The notes beneath the pieces are model-generated. The model was not told the DNA's origin, searched no databases, and saw only the letters and a program-made list of their open reading frames with translations. A DNA stretch of 64,000 nt from Macrostomum lignano (Eukaryota), in NCBI GenBank assembly GCA_002269645.1, contig NIVC01000151.1, positions 372,001-436,000 of the forward strand, read 5' to 3'. The translations under genes were made by a program, and so were the position numbers. Numbering within the stretch: the stretch's first letter is position 1; every line of letters begins with the position of its first letter. Below, one piece after another: positions 33,100 to 44,714 of this stretch.

Positions 33100-33560
33100 A
33101 AGTTAAGCGCCAAAATGAGTGTCTAAGCACCAGAGTGAGTGTCTAAGCACCAGAGTGAGAGTCTAAGCACCAGAGTGAGTGTCTAAGCACCAGAGTGAGA
33201 GTCTAAGCACCAGAGTGAGAGTCTAAGCACCAGAGTGAGAGTCTAAGCACCAGAGTGAGAGTCAAAGCACCAGAGTGAGAGTCTAAGCCCTAAAGTGAGG
33301 GTATAAGCCCTTAAGTGAGGGTATAAGCCCCTAAGTGAGGGTATAAGCCCTACAGTGAGGGTATAAGCCCCTAAGTGGGGGTATAAGCCTAAAGTGAGGG
33401 TATAAGCCCTAAAATGAGGGTCTAAGCCCTAAAGTGAGGGTATAAGCCCTAAAGTGAGGGTATAAGTCCTAAAGTGAGGGTCTAAGCCCTGAAGTGAGGG
33501 TCAAAGCGCCCAAGTGAGGGTTTAAGCCCTAAACTGAGGGTATAAGCGCCAAACTTGAGC
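33100..33560. repeat. 20-bp array drifting from GTCTAAGCACCAGAGTGAGA to GTATAAGCCCTAAAGTGAGG
   Basis: Direct reading. Confidence 0.88.
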
Positions 33561-35397
33561 CGCCACTTACAGCAAAAGCGCGCCGCCGGATCGCCGAGTT
33601 TATTAGCTGAGCAGAAGCTGCGCCGAGGCCAAGGCTGAGCAGTGAGTAGGCAAGCAACTCCAACTTTTGCTATTCTGTCCGCGGACAGCCGCTGCAGGAT
33701 TTGTAAGCAGGGGAGGCGGAGGTGGGGAGGCGGGGGATGAGGGGCAGGGGGCGACCACCTCCCTAGCCCGCCAGTTCTTTCTCACCCGTCGACTTTTCTC
33801 ACCCCGGCAGGGGGGGGGGCGTCTGAATGAACCCTCTCTGGGGAGGGAGGGACCTGGGCTAAAAATAGCCCGCGGGTTGGGGTGGTGGGGCGGGGATCAG
33901 CAGCGGCAGGGAGTACAGCGGGGCGGCCAGAAACTTCATGCCCGCGCTTTCAATTCTCCGGAAAGTCAGGCGAAGGCTGGGGGGAACACTGCAGGGATGC
34001 GGACAGCTACAAGCTTATGCACTGGCACAGGAGACAGGCTGAGCAGCCCTGCCGAATGGAGGGTCAGCTTAAAGCCAAAGCAAACAGATTGACGGCGGAA
34101 CCCCCGCCGCCCTCGCTTCGCCCGGGCTTTTGCACTCTTGTCTGCCCCCTCGAGCGCCTTAATCCCCCAGCCCCACCCACTAATCCTTCTCGAACCACTT
34201 GGAGTCGCCCATGGGAGACACTTAGCAGAAGACTCGCTCGCAGGCACTCAGCGCTGTGTTTTACTGGAGCGAGCCGCACTCCCGGCCTGCCCGACTCGTT
34301 TTGGCCTGCAGTCAGCCGCGAACCCCCGCGGGGATCGCGCGGTTTCTTCCGGCCGAATTGAAGCGGCAGGCATGGGAGAGCACGCGTGCGGCCCCGCCCT
34401 GATGCTCCGCTGTCTGCTTTAATGCTGCGAGTCCGGATTGCTGAACTGCAAAGCAATGGCCAGGAGAGTCTGATCCAGCTAAATGAGTCATTCACTTGGT
34501 GTGGCACCGCTGCGGAAGGCAACTTCCTGCGTGAGGTGCTTTGCAGCTCCCATGATGGGCGAAGGTTGGGCCCGCCACTCTCTGTGTGCTTGAGGGCACC
34601 ATAATGCGCTGGGGCGCCACTCTTTGTGCGTTGGCGGTGCCAAAATGTGTGTTGGGGGCGCTACTCTGTGTTGGGGGCGCTACTGTGTTGGGGGCGCTAC
34701 TCTGTGTTGGGGGCGCTACTCTGTGTGTTGAGGCTGCAAATCTTTGTGTTGGGGCGCCTCCTTCTGTGAGTTGGCGGCGCCAAAATGTGCGAGTATGTTA
34801 GGAGCGCCATGTGTTGGGATGGCCATGTGTGTGGGGGGGCCATGATGTCAGGGGGCGACACAAGCCGCCAGTGTTACATGTACATGTGGGGCATCACAAA
34901 ACGCAGCTCAAGCAACCGTTAATTTTTCTTGACAGTCGCTCTTGCTTTGCCGCAGGTCCAGTGCAGCCCTGCGGGGGCACAGCAGGGGGCCACAGCTGAG
35001 CATTTAAACGAGCTGAGCAGCCAAAGCTGATCCTGCATGATGAAGCGCAGGGCTGCTGGCACTGCCTAAGAGTCACGCAAAAGAAGCTTGACTTTCCCCT
35101 GCCACATCTCCGATCCCAAAATCCTTTGTCTCGCCCCGTCGCTACATGAGCTCGTAATTGGGATTTTTATCCGCTCGGCACGGGATCGGGTTGCACGCGA
35201 GTCGCGCTGAAAACATGGGGACTGCAGCTCCCGCGGCTCTCAGGTTTCCATGCATTGATTTCCATGCAGTCTCATTTCTGTTGCCTCACTGAGCCCCGGG
35301 GCCAGAGATGGGGCGGGAAGGCGGAGCAGAAAGATCATCATGAGATTCTGCAAACATTATAGAGTACCTTATAGTTGGCAGCAGTTTCCTCAAAAGA

Positions 35398-37998
35398 TTC
35401 AGAACTCCATGAACAGTCGTTTGAGCATGGATATAAGATACCTTTACAGATTCAGAACTCCATGAACAGTCGTTTGAGCATGGATATAAGATACCTTTAC
35501 AGATTCAGAACTCCATGAACAGTCATTTGAGCATGGATATAAGATACCTTTACAGATTCAGAACTCCATGAAGTCATTTGAGCATGGATATAAGATACCT
35601 TTACAGATTCAGAACTCCATGAACAGTCATTTGAGCATGGATATAAGATACCTTTACAGATTCAGAACTCCATGAAGTCATTTGAGCATGGATATAAGAT
35701 ACCTTTACAGATTCAGAACTCCATGAACAGTCATTTGAGCATAGATATAAGATACCTTTACATTCAGAACTCCATGAACAGTCGTTTGAGCATAGATAAA
35801 AGATATCGCTCCAGATCTTAGATCTAGAAATCCATGAACAGATGAGCATTCATTCCACTAGCAGCTGATCGCTCCAGATCTTAGATCTAGAACTCCATGA
35901 ACAGATGAGCATTCATTCCACTAGCAGCTGATCGCTCCAGATCTTAGATCTAGAACTCCATGAACAGATGAGCATTCATTCCACTAGCAGCTGATCGCTC
36001 CAATCTTAGATCTAGAACTCCATGAACAGATGAGCATTCATTCCACTAGCAGCTGATCGCTCCAGATCTTAGATCTAGAACTCCATGAACAGATGAGCAT
36101 TCATTCCACTAGCAGCTGATCGCTCCAATCTTAGATCTAGAACTCCATGAACAGATGAGCATTCATTCCACTAGCAGCTGATCGCTCCAATCTTAGATCT
36201 AGAACTCCATGAACAGATGAGCATTCATTCCACTAGCAGCTGATCGCTCCAATCTTAGATCTAGAACTCCATGAACAGATGAGCATTCATTCCACTAGCA
36301 GCTGATCGCTCCAATCTTAGATCTAGAAATCCATGAACAGATGAGCATTCATTCCACTAGCAGCTGATCGCTCCAATCTTAGATCTAGAACTCCATGAAC
36401 AGATGAGCATTCATTCCACTAGCAGTTGATCGCTCCAGATCTTAGATCTAGAACTCCATGAACAGATGAGCATTCATTCCACTAGCAGCTGATCGCTCCA
36501 ATCTTAGATCTAGAACTCCATGAACAGATGAGCATTCATTCCACTAGCAGCTGATCGCTCCAGATCTTAGATCTAGAACTCCATGAACAGATGAGCATTC
36601 ATTCCACTAGCAGCTGATCGCTCCAATCTTAGATCTAGAACTCCATGAACAGATGAGCATTCATTCCACTAGCAGCTGATCGCTCCAATCTTAGATCTAG
36701 AACTCCATGAACAGATGAGCATTCATTCCACTAGCAGCTGATCGCTCCAATCTTAGATCTAGAACTCCATGAACAGATGAGCATTCATTCCACTAGCAGC
36801 TGATCGCTCCAATCTTAGATCTAGAACTCCATGAACAGATGAGCATTCATTCCACTAGCAGCTGATCGCTCCAGATCTTAGATCTAGAACTCCATGAACA
36901 GATGAGCATTCATTCCACTAGCAGCTGATCGCTCCAGATCTTAGATCTAGAACTCCATGAACAGATGAGCATTCATTCCACTAGCAGCTGATCGCTCCAA
37001 TCTTAGATCTAGAACTCCATGAACAGATGAGCATTCATTCCACTAGCAGCTGATCGCTCCAGATCTTAGATCTAGAACTCCATGAACAGATGAGCATTCA
37101 TTCCACTAGCAGCTGATCGCTCCAATCTTAGATCTAGAACTCCATGAACAGATGAGCATTCATTCCACTAGCAGCTGATCGCTCCAGATCTTAGATCTAG
37201 AACTCCATGAACAGATGAGCATTCATTCCACTAGCAGCTGATCGCTCCAATCTTAGATCTAGAACTCCATGAACAGATAAGCATTCATTCCACTAGCAGC
37301 TGATCGCTCCAGATCTTAGATCTAGAACTCCATGAACAGATGAGCATTCATTCCACTAGCAGCTGATCGCTCCAATCTTAGATCTAGAACTCCATGAACA
37401 GATGAGCATTCATTCCACTAGCAGCTGATCGCTCCAATCTTAGATCTAGAACTCCATGAACAGATGAGCATTCATTCCACTAGCAGCTGATCGCTCCAAT
37501 CTTAGATCTAGAACTCCATGAACAGATGAGCATTCATTCCACTAGCAGCTGATCGCTCCAATCTTAGATCTAGAACTCCATGAACAGATGAGCATTCATT
37601 CCACTAGCAGCTGATCGCTCCAATCTTAGATCTAGAACTCCATGAACAGATGAGCATTCATTCCACTAGCAGTTGATCGCTCCAGATCTTAGATCTAGAA
37701 CTCCATGAACAGATGAGCATTCATTCCACTAGCAGCTGATCGCTCCAATCTTAGATCTAGAACTCCATGAACAGATGAGCATTCATTCCACTAGCAGCTG
37801 ATCGCTCCAATCTTAGATCTAGAACTCCATGAACAGATGAGCATTCATTCCACTAGCAGTTGATCGCTCCAGATCTTAGATCTAGAACTCCATGAACAGA
37901 TGAGCATTCATTCCACTAGCAGCTGATCGCTCCAATCTTAGATCTAGAACTCCATGAACAGATGAGCATTCATTCCAGTAGCAGTTGATCGCTCCAGA
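35398..37998. repeat. Compound satellite: 50/53-bp units (~35398-35800) followed by ~35 copies of a 62/63-bp unit sharing the core AGAACTCCATGAACAG
   Basis: Direct reading; no unique spacers, so not a CRISPR array. Confidence 0.96.
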
Positions 37999-39699
37999 TC
38001 TACGGCCCCTGCTTCGATCCCATGCGCTGTCATGCGCTGGGATATCATCCCAGGCACTCATTTTTGCGCCGCAGGCTCGCATTTTAGCGCCCCAGGCACT
38101 GTATTTAGTCACCCTGAAGCAAAATTATTGATTTCCATAACGGGTCACAAGGTTGGGCGAAGGGAACAAAGCATTGGCATGCCCCCAACAGCTTTTGAGG
38201 GGACATGTCCCCCCTGTTCCCCCCCCCCTTGGGTTGCGTGTTGTGTGCTCAGGAGCCAGAAGATTGGGCAGAAACGCCTCAGTTCTGGCTCCGAGACGAT
38301 GCCGCAACAATGCCCGCAGCGCTCCTGAAAATATAACTTTGATCTTGGAGCAGCCGTTCAGATTGCATAGGCCAGCTCCTCAGGTGTGAAGCAGGAAGAC
38401 GGAATGCGAAGCTGTGTCGAATTTCAGCTACAAGCAAAAAGAGCCAATTTCGGTCTAGAAACTTGATTGGGTTACATTTATGCTAATCATATTTATTGAA
38501 TCGGCCACAACAATCAGGGCAACAGAAAAGCATCAAACAAGCCGCCAGTACAACCGAGCCCCGAGCTGGGGAGCCGGGCAGAAAAAGCTGCAGAAGCGAA
38601 TCAAACGAATCAAGTCCTGCCCACGATTAACCGCAAAGCCACACCCGAGATTAGCCGGCAGCCAAAAATACAGTGGCTATGAGAACAAAAATTGAAGCGC
38701 AGGAATAGACAAACAGAATACAAGAGAGAGTAAATATTTGCTGAATAACATCAACAATTAAATAAGATGCTTAGGCGATAAAAATGGCAAAATTGCAGAC
38801 ACTGGGCATTGCACTACTCGCTACAAACAATTGCAAGCAAATTGCTTTATAATGTCTATTTTAATTAGAAAATAATAAGCTAGATGCGCTACTATATTTG
38901 CCAGCTAAGTAGTAGCGAGCGAACCTATATTCAACAGCAAAGTCTAAAATTGGATTGCATTGGTAAAATTCTAAAAAAATCGAATACAAAAAGCACTGAT
39001 GAGCTGCAGACTGAGCCCAAGCGTAACTGCGGCCCGGGGGTGAGACTCAGAGAGCGAAACAGCAGACCCGCAGAGACAGCAGCTGCCAGCGGCGATTCGC
39101 GGCAGAGAGCCCTGGCAGACCTGCTGGCTGGCACTGAGGACAGTTTTGTAATGGGCAGGTGAGGGACGGCTTGCATCCAGTCTGGGGATCTGGGAAACTC
39201 ACCAAGCAACTGATGATCTGGCAGACACCCATCAACTGGGGTCTGGGAGGCTGGCCCAGCAACTGGGGATCTGGGAGGCTGGCCCAGCAACTGGGGATCT
39301 GGGAGGCTGGCCCAGCAACTGGGGATCTGGGAGGCTTACGGTCTCAGTGAGCAGCACAGAGCAAGACAGAGTTCAGCTATGCTCAGCAGACTGCCGGGCG
39401 GGCATCTCAGGCCGCAAAGGCGACCCAAACGCAAGTTCAGCAACAGCAAGCAACAAAAATAAATTGCATACAATGGAAAACGCGGAAGCAGTGGAGCGCG
39501 GGTTCTCGAACACAGAACAGCTAAAAGGCTTGTCTGAGGCAATGCGCGCAGAGCAGTATTATGCTAAGGTTGCAGTTAACCCATGTGGCAAGGCGGGGTC
39601 GGGCCTGGAGTCTGTGAAGAATTTCGCTACGCAAAAACATTTTTGGATCGCCCTCGTGCCGGGCCTGCGCACTGAGAGATGGAGGGCGTGAGGAACGGA

Positions 39700-40205
39700 G
39701 AGAGATCGTGAGAAATGGAGAGAGATCATGAGAAATGGAGAGATCATGGGAAATGGAGAGATCATGAGAAACGGAGAGATCATGAGATATGGAGAGATCA
39801 TGGGAAATGGAGAGATCATGAGAAACGGAAAGATCATGAGATATGGAGAGATCATGAGAAACGGAGAGATCATGAGAAACGGAGAGATCATGAGAAACGG
39901 AGAGATCATGAGATATGGAGAGATCATGAGAAACGGAGAGATCATGAGAAACGGAGAGATCATGAGAAACGGAGAGATCATGAGAAACGGAGAGATCATG
40001 AGAAACGGAGAGATCATGAGATATGGAGAGATCATGAGATATGGAGAGAGATCGTGAGAACGGAGAGAGATCATGAGAAATAGAGTGAGATCATGAGAAA
40101 CGGAGAGAGATCATGAGAAATGGAGTGAGATCATGAGAAACGGAGAGAGATCATGAGAAATGGAGTGAGATCATGAGAAACGGAGAGAGATCATGAGAAA
40201 TGGAC
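39700..40205. repeat. 18/20-bp array (GGAGAGATCATGAGAAAC)n
   Basis: Direct reading. Confidence 0.93.
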
Positions 40206-40575
40206 AGACAGAGCATGGGGCAGAGGTAGTAGGCAGTGTGCAGTAGTAAACGTGCTGAAACAAACGCAGCAGCACCCCACTGCGCAGCAAAAGCAGCGGC
40301 GCGGCAAGACGACAGAGCCCGGGGGACAGGAGTAAAATATAGGCTCGTATTTATAATAATCCACTAAAGCCTTGCAGGCTAATTAATCATCAAGAAGTTG
40401 GTGCGCCAGTGAATAATAATAAGTGTGCCGGCTTATAAAGACAGCGAGCCGCACTTGTAGGCTCGTACAGCAGCAGGCAGGCAGACAAGCAGGAATCGAA
40501 TGCGGCGACAAACAGTCTGAGGATTCGCGAGATCGTTAAAAAATAGTCTGTAAGCCGAGTCCCAATCAGCCCGTC

Positions 40576-43500
40576 TCAGACCCGGTGAGCGTTGAAGGCC
40601 TCCCGCTTCTTGGGGTCCGTCGTGTAGCCGCCGATGAAGGAGCCGTCCTCGGCGAAGCGACCTGCAGAAGTGGGCGGGGAGGGGCGGAGCTGGCAGTGGG
40701 GAACCGGGGATCTGCGGAGCTGGCAGTGGGGAACCGGGGATCTGCGGAGCTGGCAGTGGGGAACCGCGGATCTGCGGAGCTGGCAATGGGGAACCGGGGA
40801 TCTGTGGAGCTGGCAGTGGGGAACCGGGGATCTGCGGAGCTGGCAGTGGGGAACCGGGGATCTGCGGAGCTGGCAGTGGGGAACCGCGGATCTGCGGAGC
40901 TGGCAATGGGGAACCGGGGATCGGTCTCTGCGGAGCTGGCAATGGGGAACCGGGGACCTGCGGAGCTGGCAATGGGGAACCGGGGATCGGTCTCTGCGGA
41001 GCTGGCAATGGGGAACCGGGGACCTGCGGAGCTGGCAATGGGGAACCGGGGATCGGTCTCTGCGGAGCTGGCAATGGGGAACCGGGGACCTGCGGAGCTG
41101 GCAATGGGGAACCGGGGACCTGCGGAGCTGGCAATGGGGAACCGGGGACCGGTCTCTTGCGGAGCTGCACTCAGCCAGATTGGCAGGCCTTGCCCAGCAC
41201 TCCCCGGGGACTGCGAGCCTCCCTTCTACGAGTATACAAGTAGCCGGCCTTTGCCTGCTTAGAAGATTTCCAAAACAGAACCGAGCACATTGCATGGATT
41301 ACTTAGACTGCTCAACTTCAAAAACGGCTCTTCAATCAAAGTAACAACCGAGATTATCCAAATCGCAGAGCTCACACAGAGCTGCGTTAGAAATATTTCA
41401 AGTGCGGGATCAGAATTCCTCAATTCTCGTTTCGGGATCTGAACTTGAGCGGTGCGGAATCTGAACTACTCATTAGTGTGGAATGCGACACGCAGATTCG
41501 GGCAAAGGTTTGACACTCCTAACTCCATGGAGATCACTCCATAACGTGAAACGAGTAAAACGAGTAATGAGCACGCTTGTATCTTGATAGAAAAGCCACG
41601 TAAACAGTACAATGTCAGGGGCACTAGCCAGACAAAGAGCCTCTGGCTCAAGAAGAGAGCTAAGATGCTAAATAGAGCAGCCAGTCATGGATTAATAAAT
41701 TATGCTAGCTAGCAGGCAGCACGAACGGGCTGGGAGGCAACCAGTTCACACACGGAGACCGCAGAGCCAGCCAACTATTAACAGCCAGTCGAATTATTAC
41801 AATAATAGTCAGACAGGCCATGCAAGCGCGCAATTTAGAGCGATTCTTCAGCCATATTTAGCGATAAAGTCGGAAATGTTGCAGAGCGGCATCAGAGTTT
41901 CTCAGCAGTGCACTTGGCGCAGCAAAGCAAACCCGAATTCTTTCCGTTTTCCTCTGCAATGTTGCAGCAGCGCAAGATGTGTCGCGGGAAATTAATGCAG
42001 GTGCATGATTTTTAGGCAGACGAAGTTGCTGAGCCTTTTTTAGAAATCAAACCTTTGCCCGTATCTGCATATCGCATTGCATTTCGAACGCTTTATATAA
42101 TACAAGGCCGAAATTCCACATATTTGTGAGCAGGATTCTTTCACAAGACCGAAATACTTGTGAGCAGGATTCTTTCACAAGACCGAAATACTTGTGAGCA
42201 GGATTCTTTCACAAGACCGAAATACTTGTGAGCAGGATTCTTTCACAAGACCGAAATACTTGTGAGCAGGATTCTTTCGCAAGACCGAAATACTTGTGAG
42301 CAGGATTCTTTCACAAGACCGAAATACTTGTGAGCAGGAACCTTTCACAAGACCGAAATACTTGTGAGCAGGAACCTTTCACAAGACCGAAATACTTGTG
42401 AGCAGGAACCTTTCACAAGACCGAAATACTTGTGAGCAGGATTCTTTCGCAAGACCGAAATACTTGTGAGCAGGATTCTTTCACAAGACCGAAATACTTG
42501 TGAGCAGGATTCTTTCGCAAGACCGAAATACTTGTGAGCAGGATTCTTTCGCAAGACCGAAATACTTGTGAGCAGGATTCTTTCACAAGACCGAAATACT
42601 TGTGAGCAGGATTCTTTCACAAGACCGAAATACTTGTGAGCAGGATTCTTTCGCAAGACCGAAATACTTGTAAGCAGGATTCTTTCACAAGACCGAAATA
42701 CTTGGGAGCAGGATTCTTTCGCAAGACCGAAATACTTGTGAGCAGGATTCTTTTGCAAGACCGAGATTTCACATAGTTGTGAGCAGGATTCTTTCACCAG
42801 ACCGAAATTTTACATATCTGTGAACAAGAATATTTTCCAACACTGTACAAGATTCAAGCAATGTGCAATCATCAGACTTGGGAAACTACAAAACTTTATT
42901 TGGAAGCACACTATTCGGAAATAATTTAGGCATATGATGAGACTCGGGACATCTAAAACTGCAGCCCCATCCGGGTGGGCAATAAAGAACTTCGGCGGGC
43001 CAGTTTCTCCTTCCAATGCTGCATCTGCAGCTCCACCCGCAGCCAAATAAAATGCGCTGCCATCTCCGCCCCCAGAGCCAAGCGAAACACGTCAGCCTGG
43101 AAGAGTCGCAGAGCCCGCCACCCCAGTGGGAACATATTTTTAATTTATGACCGACAGACGCGCAGCGGCTGACTGACCGGGATGAAGGACAAAAGCAGCC
43201 ACTGCAGTTTAGCAGCCGCGAAGCCCGGGGACACCCGAGCCACTCACTCCCTCTTGCAGGCCGAGGCCCGCCGGCCGCATGCGTCACCACCGAGCGGCCG
43301 CCACCCCCGGCCCGCAGCCAGCGCTAACAGGATCAGTCAGGCGAGCGCAGACAGGCGTGACGGATGGATAAATCATATTTACTACTCGCGAGCGCAGCGC
43401 CATGACTGGGTGCGGCCCAACTATAGCTCGTATATGCATGCAATACAGCAGATTCTTTTCTTTGAATTTCGCATTGAAAGACGGCGACCTTAACAAAACA

Positions 43501-44667
43501 GTTTGACCTTGGAGCAGTGGTGCCGCTATGAGTGAGGCCCTATTGTATTCACTGGCCCGTTGAACTAGCAAGGGAACCTCTAGCCATAGGAGCTGGCTTT
43601 CATATTTCATATCTTTCAGTGCAAAACAATTATTGATTTCCTGCAACAATTCAACAGGCCAATAGCTCAGCAATAGACAAGGCCCGGCCCCCAATCACTC
43701 ACCGACATCAGTGCCGACAACCCAATCACTCACCGACATCAGTGCCGGCAACCCAATCACTCACCGACATCAGTGCCGGCAACCCAATCACTCACCGACA
43801 TCAGTGCCGGCAACCCAATCACTCACCGACATCAGCGCCGGCAACCCAATCACTTACCGACATCAGCGCCGGCAACCCAATCACTCACCGACATCAGCGC
43901 CGGCAACCCAATCACTCACCGACATCAGCGCCGGCAACCCAATCACTCACCGACATCAGCGCCGGCAACCCAATCACTTACCGACATCAGCGCCGGCAAC
44001 CCAATCACTCACCGACATCAGCGCCGGCAACCCAATCACTCACCGACATCAGCGCCGGCAACCCAATCACTCACCGACATCAGCGCCGGCAACCGAATCA
44101 CTCACCGACATCAGCGCCGGCAACCCAATCACTCACCGACATCAATGTCGTCATCGTTGCCGTACTCGTCCAGCTCCTGGTCGTCTTTGCTGGCAGCCGA
44201 GATGCTGGAGCTCAGGGACAGCCGAGAGGCTTTCAGGCCGCCTTCCTCGGGCCGCTGGTACTCCTTGAACTGCTCCTCCTTGGCCTCCAAGTCCGGGTGG
44301 TTGCCTTGCTGTCGCTCCTTCTCGTCCAGCATGTACGTCTGGCCGGAGTCGCGGCGCAGCAGGAAGACCAGAAGGGCGGCGATCAGCAGCAGCAGCAGGA
44401 AGGCGATCAGGATGGCCACCAGGATGCCCGGCCCGGCCGAGGCCACCTCCAGCACCGGCTTGCCCTGCGGGACCGAGCGGGTGGTGTCGGCTTGGGGAGG
44501 CAGTTTCAGACACACACAGAGACAGACAGAGAGACAGACAGACAGAGAGACAGACAGACAGACAAAGATACAGACAGACAGACACAGACAGACAGAGAGC
44601 CAAACAGACAGACAGACAGACAAAGATACAGACAGACAGACAGACAGACAGAGAGCCAAACAGACAA

Positions 44668-44714
<47 letters not shown>

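Noticed and set aside
35398-37998. CRISPR-like regular array
   Set aside because: Units are contiguous with no unique spacers, there are no cas genes, and the context is eukaryotic; it is a satellite.
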